Below, one piece after another: positions 1-7,541 of a DNA stretch of 64,000 nucleotides. The notes under the pieces are model-generated. The model was given only the letters and a program-made list of their open reading frames with translations. It made no database searches and was not told the origin of the DNA. The first letter of the stretch is position 1; each line of letters begins with the position of its first letter. The DNA comes from Verrucomicrobiota bacterium. GTDB taxonomy: Bacteria; Verrucomicrobiota; Kiritimatiellia; CAIQIC01. The translations under genes and the position numbers were made by a program. The DNA lies in the NCBI GenBank assembly GCA_004321905.1, contig SCQF01000012.1, forward strand, positions 5,411 to 69,410, given 5' to 3'.

Positions 1-172
1 GGGCTGTCGAGACACGCCCTTGCCCGCTGATAAAACCAACAATCAGTGGAATGCTCGCCAGATGACAGGGGCTAAGCACGATGCTCAAGATGCCCCATGC
101 CGAGGCAGCCGCCAGCGCGATGAGTGGCACGCCTTCGACGGCATGACTTAAGCTGGAAAAGAGGTGTTCCAT
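1..172 (-). CDS. Cytochrome c-type biogenesis protein CcdA/DsbD transmembrane family (N-terminal part, gene runs off window)
   Basis: The minus-strand translation from the ATG at 170-172 reads MEHLFSSLSHAVEGVPLIALAAASAWGILSIVLSPCHLASIPLIVGFISGQG. This is a hydrophobic segment with the conserved Cys typical of CcdA/DsbD thiol-disulfide transporters. It lies directly downstream of two thioredoxin genes. Confidence 0.5.
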   Translation of the reverse strand, partial: MEHLFSSLSHAVEGVPLIALAAASAWGILSIVLSPCHLASIPLIVGFISGQGRVSTA

Positions 173-173
173 G

Positions 174-572
174 TTACTTTGTTGTGCTGAGGTCTACCCC
201 GAGTTCTTTCCACTTGGCCAAGATGTCATCTTTCCCAAAGAACCCCTCGTGGCGGAACAGTTCCTTGCCGTTTGCCGCATAAAAAATCTGCGTCGGGATC
301 AAGTTGATCTTGTACGGCTTGCCCGCGTCGGGATTTTTCCAAACGTCAATGAACTCCACCCGGAATTTGTTCGCGTAGTTCTTCTTTAGGTCTTCCAGGA
401 TCGGCACCATCATTCGGCATGGGATGCATTTTCCCGCGCCAAGGTCTACGAGTTTCGGCAGTGCTGGCTTGGTGCCGGCAGCGGGGGGCGGGGCGTTTGT
501 TGCGTCCGTCGCTATCGCAGCCAAGAGCCATACGCTTGCCAGCGCCGCAACCAGCCATATATCTTTTTTCAT
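174..572 (-). CDS. Secreted/lipoprotein thioredoxin-fold thiol:disulfide oxidoreductase (TlpA/ResA-like)
   Basis: The ORF MKKDIWLVAALASVWLLAAIATDA... begins with a signal peptide and carries a CIPC (CxxC) motif in a thioredoxin-fold context (KCIPCRMMVPILEDL...IDVWKNPDAGKPYKINLIPTQIFYAANGKELFRHEGF). It is the internal Met of the 174..839 ORF on the track, used as start because the upstream part is a separate gene. Confidence 0.7.
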   Translation of the reverse strand: MKKDIWLVAALASVWLLAAIATDATNAPPPAAGTKPALPKLVDLGAGKCIPCRMMVPILEDLKKNYANKFRVEFIDVWKNPDAGKPYKINLIPTQIFYAANGKELFRHEGFFGKDDILAKWKELGVDLSTTK

Positions 573-604
573 GTTCCTGTTTCCTCGCCGGTTTCTGGCC
601 GGTT

Positions 605-839
605 TCACCTGATGAGCTTTGCGATCTCGCCGGCACTCAAGACCTTGCCGACGCACAACACCGTACCGTCCACCGCCAACGCGGGGGGTTAACATCACGC
701 CGAAACTCTGGATTTGGTTGATTTCGGTGACTTTCGCCAACTCATATTCAATGCCGAGCGCCTTGGCTGCAGTTTCGGCATTTGTGGCGAGCACTTTACA
801 TTTCGCACAGCTCATACCGAGCACTTGGATCTTTTTCAT
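605..839 (-). pseudogene. Small thioredoxin-family protein (redox-active disulfide protein 2 type, CxxC) with an apparent +1 frameshift in a C6/G6 homopolymer
   Basis: The N-terminus MKKIQVLGMSCAKCKVLATNAETAAKALGIEYELAKVTEINQIQSFGVMLTP matches the ~77-aa thioredoxin family. After the G6 run at 683-688 the annotated frame reads PRVGGGRYGVV... Removing one base restores the canonical C-terminus TPALAVDGTVLCVGKVLSAGEIAKLIR, with a stop at 605-607. Confidence 0.55.
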
Positions 840-931
840 TTAATCCCTCGCATGATCGCATGAAACAGAAAATCCACCGGCAGGCCTATCCAGCATTATC
901 GGACAGCGGCCCGACCAATCCCTAAACACGT

Positions 932-1261
932 TCATGCCTTTCGTGTGGCTACAGTAGCCAATCGCGATTTCCGCACCGCATCGGATTGCATCACACCTAG
1001 CGTGCAGTCGAGGGCTTGCAAGATGCAGGGACATTCGAGGTGGTGAATGACGCGCATACCCGCGCGGCGTTCAATGACGATACCCGCGGTTTTGAGCTGG
1101 GCCAAATGCCGGCTGATAACGGAAGGGTCCACGCGCGCCAGGAAGCGTAGATCGGACACACAGCGGTCTCCCCGGCTAAGCTCGTCCACCATCATCAGGC
1201 GGGTGGGATTGGCCAAGGCCTTCAGAATTTTGGCTCGCGCCACAGCGTCGTCACGTTTCAT
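932..1261 (-). CDS. ArsR/SmtB-family metalloregulatory transcriptional repressor
   Basis: A winged HTH is present (AKILKALANPTRLMMVDELSRGDRCVSDL...DPSVISRHLAQLKTAGIV). The start is taken at the internal Met at 1259-1261 (MKRDDAVARAKILKAL), because the longer ORF would run through its own promoter/operator. Confidence 0.8.
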   Translation of the reverse strand: MKRDDAVARAKILKALANPTRLMMVDELSRGDRCVSDLRFLARVDPSVISRHLAQLKTAGIVIERRAGMRVIHHLECPCILQALDCTLGVMQSDAVRKSRLATVATRKA

Positions 1262-1268
1262 AAGAAGG

Positions 1269-1297
1269 ACTATATGCAGATGTGTGCATATAGTCAA
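1269..1297 (-). promoter_or_regulatory. Near-consensus sigma70-like promoter (TTGACT-N17-TATAGT) with an embedded 22-bp operator palindrome, tatatgca-N6-tgcatata (1271-1292); the mRNA is nearly leaderless
   Basis: On the minus strand the sequence reads TTTGACT atatgcacacatctgca TATAGT ccttctta ATG. The dyad TATATGCA/TGCATATA lies in the spacer, the classic auto-repression layout for ArsR/SmtB regulators. Confidence 0.5.
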
Positions 1298-1439
1298 ATA
1301 CTCTCTTCGCGATATCCTTTTAATATGCACACCGTCTTCGATGTCGCGGAATATCAGGGCAGGGTTCGGATTACTAATTTGAAAGGGACGACGATGGCGC
1401 GAATTTGACGAGGCCGTTTCTAACTACAACGTGCGACGC

Positions 1440-2375
1440 TTAACCCAGCCGGTCGCCGACTCGCAGACGCGCGCCGTTGCTGAATGCTGTGGCGGACATG
1501 GGCTGCTTGCCTTCCGGCTGGACCTCCGCCAAGCACAACGCAGCTCGACCTGTCGCGACGATTAAACCGTGGGCGGCGGTTTTCAGGATCAGACCCGGCT
1601 CGCCGCTGCCGGTTTCAAGGGATGCTTTGAGCACTTTGACGCGCTTGGCGGAATCATGCGGCCAGACGAAATAACAACCCGGCCATGGGAAAAAACCGCG
1701 AATCCGGTTGTGCAGTGTGGCTGCCGATTGTGACCAGTCCAAGCGGCCGTTTTCTTTCCGGAGCATGGGCGCACGCGTAGCCAGCGCGTCGTTTTGTGGT
1801 GTACGTTTGACCACACCGGCGCGGATATCCTCGATTGCGGATAACAAAAGTTTTGCACCCAGCGCCGCCAGCCGTGGCGACAACGTGGCGGTGGTGTCGG
1901 CGGACGCAATCGGCATATGCGCTTGCGCGAGGATGTCGCCGGCATCCATTTTTTCGATTAAATAGATAATCGAAACGCCGGTTTCTGTCTCGCCATTGGT
2001 AATGGCCCACTGAATCGGCGCCGCACCGCGATATTTCGGTAGCAGCGAAGGATGCACGTTGATTACGCCGTGCGTTGGTAAGTCCAGCAAGGCGCGCGGC
2101 AAAAATTGGCCGTACGCAGCGACGGCGATCAAGTCGGGGCGTAGCGCAGCAAGCTGCGCGACGAATTCCGGCGCGGCGCATTTCTCCGGCGTCAGCACCG
2201 ATACGCCGCGACTTGTCGCCAGTTGCTTCACCGGACACGCCGTCAAACGCAGATGACGGCCCCGCGGCCGATCCGGTTGTGTGACCACCGCCACCAACTC
2301 ATCTTGTGGCGAGGCCAGCAGTCGCTCGACCGCGGGGCAACCCAACTCGCCTGATCCCATGAAAACAATGCGCAT
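1440..2375 (-). CDS. fmt: Methionyl-tRNA formyltransferase
   Basis: The 311-aa product has the Fmt N-terminal formyltransferase motifs (MRIVFMGSGELG..., HPSLLPKYRGAAPIQWAI) and the C-terminal domain. Confidence 0.9.
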   Translation of the reverse strand: MRIVFMGSGELGCPAVERLLASPQDELVAVVTQPDRPRGRHLRLTACPVKQLATSRGVSVLTPEKCAAPEFVAQLAALRPDLIAVAAYGQFLPRALLDLPTHGVINVHPSLLPKYRGAAPIQWAITNGETETGVSIIYLIEKMDAGDILAQAHMPIASADTTATLSPRLAALGAKLLLSAIEDIRAGVVKRTPQNDALATRAPMLRKENGRLDWSQSAATLHNRIRGFFPWPGCYFVWPHDSAKRVKVLKASLETGSGEPGLILKTAAHGLIVATGRAALCLAEVQPEGKQPMSATAFSNGARLRVGDRLG

Positions 2376-2414
2376 ACGTAGTTTTTAGCACGCCGGACGA
2401 TGCGGCGCACGGAG

Positions 2415-2433
2415 TTTTCCAAGGCTTGGAAAA
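2415..2433. repeat. 19-bp palindromic unit TTTTCCAAGGCTTGGAAAA (single copy)
   Basis: Perfect 19-bp palindrome, 8-bp arms with a 3-nt centre. It lies between the fmt start (2375) and the NUDIX stop (2449). Confidence 0.8.
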
Positions 2434-2448
2434 GTGTTCGGGGTGCCG

Positions 2449-2898
2449 TCAAAACGTACTCGCCCAGCGATTCGGTCCGGTGCCAGCACGCAACCAGCCG
2501 GGCAGGAGCCGTGCCACGATGCGCGGTTCGAGCCTGGATCGGGCGAGCGATGTGAGCGGCCACCAGATGAATTCCAACTTTTCCTCCGCGGATGCCGGTG
2601 GTTGCCGCAACGTGGCGCGGGGCAACCGGAAGGTGAAAACAAAATTAATTTCCGTTACGCGATGATCGGTTTCATCGAAAGCGTGCTGAACAACACCTAA
2701 CAACCGGCCGACGGCGCAGCGCAGGCCGAGTTCTTCGGCAAGTTCGCGGCGGAGTGCGTCGGGTGCGCGCTCCTCGCCTTCGAGGTGGCCGCCGGGTAGG
2801 TAAACGTTGCCTTTCTTCCGGTTGCGGCAGAGCAAAATATGGCCGCGGTACAGGCAGGCACCACGGGCAATAATTTCGGGAGCATTCTCGGGTTGCAT
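2449..2898 (-). CDS. NUDIX hydrolase
   Basis: The Nudix box is present: GGHLEGEERAPDALRRELAEELGL. Confidence 0.75.
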   Translation of the reverse strand: MQPENAPEIIARGACLYRGHILLCRNRKKGNVYLPGGHLEGEERAPDALRRELAEELGLRCAVGRLLGVVQHAFDETDHRVTEINFVFTFRLPRATLRQPPASAEEKLEFIWWPLTSLARSRLEPRIVARLLPGWLRAGTGPNRWASTF

Positions 2899-2921
2899 AT
2901 TTCACGCTTGCCATCACCGAC

Positions 2922-3005
2922 TGGTGGGCGAGGGGGGACTTGAACCCCCACGGCTTGCGCCACAAGATCCTAAGTCTTGCGTGTCTGCCATTCCACCACT
3001 CGCCC
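2922..3005 (-). tRNA. tRNA-Leu (anticodon TAG)
   Basis: The reverse complement folds as a class II tRNA: GGGCGAGTGGTGGAATGGCAGACACGCAAGACTTAGGATCTTGTGGCGCAAGCCGTGGGGGTTCAAGTCCCCCCTCGCCCACCA. It has a long variable arm, anticodon loop cTTAGga, a T-loop GGTTCAAGTCC and an encoded CCA. Confidence 0.8.
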
Positions 3006-3103
3006 GCTAAACGGTGGAGAAGTTTATCCGCTTTGCCGGCGACCGCAATACGAAACGGATTGTAGCGAAGGGAACACAACGACCCACATTTTGCGCCACT
3101 CGT

Positions 3104-4039
3104 TCAGCAGCAAACGGGTGTGGCGAGCGGATCACCGGGACGTGGTTGGGCTTTCCAGCGGCGGTGAATCCAAATCCACTGATCGGGATGCGCGCGGATT
3201 TCGCGTTCGAGAATGGACGTGTAAAGCTGCGTGTAACGCAAGACGGTTTCCGGCGTGCGGTCGGGCGGCGGCTCGATCACGGGCAGAATGCGGATGTGGT
3301 GGCCACCATCTGCGCGGCGTTGGATGAAGACAGGGATCACCGGCGCCTGCGCTTGCGAAGCGAGTACGGCCAACCCCGGCGAGGTGCTGGCGGGGCGTCC
3401 GAAAAATTGCACGAACACGCCTTTGTCGTGCGGCCGGTTTTGGTCGAGCATGAAGCCGACCAGCTTGTTTTCGCGTAGCGCCCGGATGCAGGTGCGGGCC
3501 GCGTTGTGGGCATAGACGACGGTGATGCCGTAACGCTGGCGCAGGCGATTCCAGAGTTCATCCACGGCGGTGTTTTTGAATTTCTTGGCGACGATCGAGA
3601 GTTGATATTTACGCTGGGCGGTGTACATCGCGAGCAATTCCCAACTGCCGTAGTGCGCCATGAGAATCAACGCGCCACGCCCGCGCGCAAGGGCCGCGGT
3701 GACGATTTCTTCGCCTTCGACGCTGAATAAGTCGCGGATATTTTCATCCGCGCCGCCGGCTTCGCGCAGAATTTCCACGAGATTGGTGGCCAAATTTCGA
3801 TACATGCCGTTGAGTGCGGCGACGGCGGCGGTGGGCGTGAGTTCCGGCAAGCTGCGGCGCAGTGCGGCGAGCGCCTCGGCGCGGCGCTGGCGGACGATAT
3901 GGCCATAGAACCAGCCGAGTCGCGCGCCGAGCCGCAATATCGTAGGGCGCGACACGCGCGCGAGGCCACGGGAAATGCCGTTGAGTATAAAGTGAAGCAT
4001 GCGCCGGAAAGAATAAGCTTTCGCGGATGAAAACGCCAA
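3104..4039 (-). CDS. Lipid A biosynthesis lauroyl/myristoyl acyltransferase family (LpxL/HtrB-like lysophospholipid acyltransferase)
   Basis: LPLAT_LABLAT-like motifs are present (LILMAHYGSWELL, GFMLDQN, QFFGRPASTSPGLAVLA). The true start may be the internal Met (MLHFILNG) near 4000. Confidence 0.7.
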   Translation of the reverse strand: MAFSSAKAYSFRRMLHFILNGISRGLARVSRPTILRLGARLGWFYGHIVRQRRAEALAALRRSLPELTPTAAVAALNGMYRNLATNLVEILREAGGADENIRDLFSVEGEEIVTAALARGRGALILMAHYGSWELLAMYTAQRKYQLSIVAKKFKNTAVDELWNRLRQRYGITVVYAHNAARTCIRALRENKLVGFMLDQNRPHDKGVFVQFFGRPASTSPGLAVLASQAQAPVIPVFIQRRADGGHHIRILPVIEPPPDRTPETVLRYTQLYTSILEREIRAHPDQWIWIHRRWKAQPRPGDPLATPVCC

Positions 4040-4084
4040 GCCGCAAAGCGGGATTCTTTGCGGCTTGGCATTTTCGCGTGCGGT

Positions 4085-5878
4085 CTATTTTTGCAAGGGC
4101 CGCGGTTTTTGCAGCATTTTGGCGCCGCCGAGATCGCCGAGCGTCGCACGCTCAAGATCGGTCCAGAGCGTGCCTTCGCCGGCGTGCAGGATGTTGATTC
4201 GCACGGCGGGGTTCAGGTTCTTGGCGAGTTCGGCGAGCGTATAGGCCTGCGGATCGCCGAGTGCGGTGGCCTTGAGTTGGAAGCCCTTGGCTTTTTCGCC
4301 TTCGACCATCTGGGTTTTTTCGGCCTGCGCCTTGCCCAGTTTTTTGACCTTTTCGGCGCGTTGCACCGCGGTTTGCTGTTCGACGAGCGCGGCCTGCTTG
4401 ATCGTCTCGGCCTGAATTTCTGCGACCATCTTCTCCTGCGTGGCGCGGATTTCCGCTTTGAGTTTGGCGGTTTCTTGTGCGACCTCGGCGCCGCGCTGCT
4501 CGATCAGCGACTGCTCGGTATTGAGTTGCGCCAACCGCCGCGCGGTGTTCTGCTTCTCGCGGTTGGTCAGGTCCTGCTCCACCGCGATGCTCGCCTGTTG
4601 GATGGGATCAAGAATCTGATCGGGCACATTGACGTGCCGAATCAGCGCGTTGTGGATGGAGATGTTTTTCTCCGCCAAACTTTTCTTGAGACTTTCGGTC
4701 AGGTCGGTCTGGAATTTTTCGCGGCCCTCGCCGACGATGAAATCCACTGCGCGATAGGCCGAGCCTTTGAGCCGCGAAATGGAGAGAATCTTCGGCATGA
4801 TGATTTTATCCACGACCGCGGGCAGATCGCCGTAGTCGCGGAAGATGGTCGGAATTTTGTCGGGCAGCAGCTCGAATTCCACCGTCATGTCGAGGCTGAT
4901 CTCGAAACCGTCGCGCGACGGGAATCCGACGAACTGGTTGAGCACAAACGTCGGCGTTTGGGCCTGTGCTTCGCCCGGTCGGCGCGGCTTGCCGCCCATC
5001 GCAGGTGCGGCGGCGGGCGCCAGATCGCGTCGAACGCTAGATTTTTTGTGAGAGTATAAAAGCGAGTCATAGGACGCGGGGGTCGCGGCCACGCCTTCTG
5101 CTTCATTGACGGCGATCTGCATTTTCCCGCCTTGAGCCTGGATTTCTTTGGCGCGCTGTTCGGCCTGACTTTCCAGCACTTTGAATTGCAGCGCGTTCAT
5201 TGCCTCGTTTTTGCTGGCGATCGCGCCTTTGGTGATGATGGCGCTACCCGCTTTGCCGAGCATCGAAACCTGGTTCAAGCCGACTTCGAGCACATCCACC
5301 TTGAATTCCTTCGGGTTGACGTAATAAAGCCCCGGCTGCAAAACGTCGGAGCGGATACCCTTTTGGTTCGCACCGGCAAATTGGCCCTCTGGCGCTTTTG
5401 CGCCGGCAAGCGAAGTGACCACGCCAACGTAGCCGATCGGAATCGAGATCGCGTCCAGTACGTCAATTTGATAACCGGATGGATTCAGGCGGTATTTGCC
5501 CGGGCCGAGCACCCCGCGCGAGATACCCTTTTGCCCCGGATTAGCGAGAAATTCGCCCTGCGGTAAGTCGTTGCCGACTTTGGAGGTCACAATGCCGACT
5601 TTGCCGGGCGGAATGCTGACCAGCGGTTCAATCTGGTGCTCGAAAAGATAGGGGTTCAGGAAATGCCGGCCCTCGCCGAGCACGTCTTCCTGCACGCCCT
5701 TCTGACCCTTGTGCGCCAAAATTTGGCCCGGCCCCAGCGGCTCGCCTTCCTTGGCGATGATCACCGCCATGTGATCTGCCGGCACATAGAAGCGGCAGAA
5801 GCCCCATTCCCAAAAGAGCCACAAACCGCCGACGGCCAGCACTATCAATACAATCAAAATGCCCAGTGATTTTTTCAT
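4085..5878 (-). CDS. SPFH/Band-7 domain membrane protein with an N-terminal triplicated ~50-aa repeat and a C-terminal coiled coil
   Basis: There is an N-terminal TM helix, then three repeats of the pattern P-G-x-x-L-A-x-x-G-x-K-G-I/V-x-x-D-V-L-x-P-G-x-Y-x-x-N-P. A SPFH core follows (FEISLDMTVEFELLPDKIPTIFRDYGD...), then a long Q/A/E-rich coiled coil. Confidence 0.65.
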   Translation of the reverse strand: MKKSLGILIVLIVLAVGGLWLFWEWGFCRFYVPADHMAVIIAKEGEPLGPGQILAHKGQKGVQEDVLGEGRHFLNPYLFEHQIEPLVSIPPGKVGIVTSKVGNDLPQGEFLANPGQKGISRGVLGPGKYRLNPSGYQIDVLDAISIPIGYVGVVTSLAGAKAPEGQFAGANQKGIRSDVLQPGLYYVNPKEFKVDVLEVGLNQVSMLGKAGSAIITKGAIASKNEAMNALQFKVLESQAEQRAKEIQAQGGKMQIAVNEAEGVAATPASYDSLLYSHKKSSVRRDLAPAAAPAMGGKPRRPGEAQAQTPTFVLNQFVGFPSRDGFEISLDMTVEFELLPDKIPTIFRDYGDLPAVVDKIIMPKILSISRLKGSAYRAVDFIVGEGREKFQTDLTESLKKSLAEKNISIHNALIRHVNVPDQILDPIQQASIAVEQDLTNREKQNTARRLAQLNTEQSLIEQRGAEVAQETAKLKAEIRATQEKMVAEIQAETIKQAALVEQQTAVQRAEKVKKLGKAQAEKTQMVEGEKAKGFQLKATALGDPQAYTLAELAKNLNPAVRINILHAGEGTLWTDLERATLGDLGGAKMLQKPRPLQK

Positions 5879-7428
5879 TTTCCAGCCTCCTTATGCGCTG
5901 CTGTCGGCAGGTAGGGCAGGAACAAACCGCCCAACCCATCCGCTTGATCGGTGGCGAGGATCGTCTCAATCCGCGGTCCGACTTTCTGATAGAAGAGATA
6001 GCGCGCGTAGTTCAAGCCGCTGCCGAACGCCAGCGCTTGATTTTGAAACACCTTGGCTTCGGCCTCGTTGTTGAGCCGGACAACCGTTTGATCGCCGCCG
6101 GCCTCGGCAATCACCGCCGCCGCTTGCGCCTCGGCGGCGTCGTTTTCCAGCTTGGCCACGGCGAGCCCCTGCTGCGCGGCGGTCAGCCGTACTTGCTGTT
6201 CCTGCTTGGCGAGAATCGTCGCCTGTAATTGCAAGGTCTCGGCCTGCACCTTTTCCTGATTCTGACGCGCGAGCATTTCCTGTCGCGTCAGTTCAGCCTT
6301 GGACTTGGCCTGCTCGATTTGCTGGTCATACATCTTCGCCGTCTGCTTGGCCAACTCGCGGTCGCGAATGATGCTGGCGATTTGATCCGGCACGGTGATG
6401 TTGCGAATCAGCACCGACCGAATCGCCACACCCGCCGCTTTGCACGTTTCGCGCAGATGCGCTTCGAGGTTGTTCTGAAACGCCTGCCGCATCTCGCCGA
6501 CGATATAGTTCAATGCCGGATTTTTGCTGCCTTCGATCCGGCTGAATCCACGGGCGCGCGGCAAAATGACTTTCTTGAGCACGTCGTCCATGTCGCCGAC
6601 TTGATGCGTCAGCAGCGCGGCCTTGTCGCGGAGCAGCGCGAATTCCAGCGTGCCTTCGACGTGAACGGTGAAGCCATCCATCGTCAGGAAATTGATCGAG
6701 TCATCGCCACTCATCTCGAAGCGCTGGCTCCGCAAATTCACTTCGTTCACGTTGAACAAATAGGGATTGAGGTAATGCGTGCCGGGGTCGAGCACCTCCG
6801 CCTGCACGCCTTTCAAATCGGCGCCGACGATGAACGTATTTCGCTGCTCCGCCGGAATGCTGTTCGAGAGCGGATCCTTGCCGACCAGCCGCGTCACCAC
6901 GCCGACGCAGCCCGGGCGGATGGCGATCGCATCGAAAATCTGCACCTGATAGGCGTAGGGATTGATGAAATGCTTACCCGGTCCGAGCACGTCCGGCAGC
7001 ATACCCTTGGTGTCTTTACCCGCAAGAATCTGGCCCGGCGGCAAATCTTGGCCATAGAGCCGCGTCAGCACGCCGAGCTTGCCCGCCGGGATATCGGTGA
7101 CCGGTACGATCTGCCGATCCCACGAATACGGATTTTTGAAATAGCGGCCCGGCGAGAGCACGTCGAGTTGAATGCCCTTCTGCTCCGGCTGCAACGCGAG
7201 GATTTCGCCCGACGGCAAATTCGCGCCGGTCTTGTGAATCATCACCGCGAGTTCGTCCGCGCCCGGTTCGATGCGCCAGAAAAACCAGACCCAGCCCGGC
7301 AGCACCACAACCAAGCCGATCGCGAGCAGCGCCAGCACCGTGGCGATGCCGATGCCGCGCCCGAGCGACGGCAACGTCGAGCGTGACGGAATGGGCGGCG
7401 GCGAACTCCAACCATGTTCTCGTTCCAT
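5875..7428 (-). CDS. SPFH/Band-7 domain membrane protein, paralogue of the upstream gene (HflK/HflC-like tandem pair)
   Basis: It has the same architecture: TM helix, repeats (GIQLDVLSPGRYFKNPY, GMLPDVLGPGKHFINPY, GVQAEVLDPGTHYLNPY), a SPFH core and a coiled coil. It overlaps the downstream gene by 4 bp (ATGA). Confidence 0.65.
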   Translation of the reverse strand: MEREHGWSSPPPIPSRSTLPSLGRGIGIATVLALLAIGLVVVLPGWVWFFWRIEPGADELAVMIHKTGANLPSGEILALQPEQKGIQLDVLSPGRYFKNPYSWDRQIVPVTDIPAGKLGVLTRLYGQDLPPGQILAGKDTKGMLPDVLGPGKHFINPYAYQVQIFDAIAIRPGCVGVVTRLVGKDPLSNSIPAEQRNTFIVGADLKGVQAEVLDPGTHYLNPYLFNVNEVNLRSQRFEMSGDDSINFLTMDGFTVHVEGTLEFALLRDKAALLTHQVGDMDDVLKKVILPRARGFSRIEGSKNPALNYIVGEMRQAFQNNLEAHLRETCKAAGVAIRSVLIRNITVPDQIASIIRDRELAKQTAKMYDQQIEQAKSKAELTRQEMLARQNQEKVQAETLQLQATILAKQEQQVRLTAAQQGLAVAKLENDAAEAQAAAVIAEAGGDQTVVRLNNEAEAKVFQNQALAFGSGLNYARYLFYQKVGPRIETILATDQADGLGGLFLPYLPTAAHKEAGK

Positions 7429-7470
7429 AGCATCCTCCGATTTGTGGCGACTCTAGCACGCGGGCTCCGG

Positions 7471-7521
7471 TTTTCCAAGGTTTGGAAAAGGGAACAGGCG
7501 TTTTTCCCAAACCTTGGAAAA
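7471..7521. repeat. Paired palindromic units (TTTTCCAAGGTTTGGAAAA, 12 bp, TTTTTCCCAAACCTTGGAAAA) forming a ~51-bp dyad
   Basis: Two units whose centres are mutually reverse-complementary (GGT vs ACC), so the whole pair is one larger palindrome. They lie between the SPFH operon start (7428) and the lipoprotein stop (7542). Confidence 0.8.
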
Positions 7522-7541
7522 CCGCCCATCCGCTATGCGCC

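Noticed and set aside
174-839. A 221-aa fusion of thioredoxin, linker and TlpA as one protein
   Set aside because: The linker is a frameshift artefact. Removing one base gives a canonical 77-aa thioredoxin ending at 605 and an independent downstream gene starting at Met 572.
4058-7386. Long plus-strand ORFs (333 aa and 385 aa) opposite the SPFH genes
   Set aside because: They are antisense to clearly homologous SPFH coding sequences. They are rich in Arg, Leu and Gly with no motifs, and typical of high-GC shadow ORFs.
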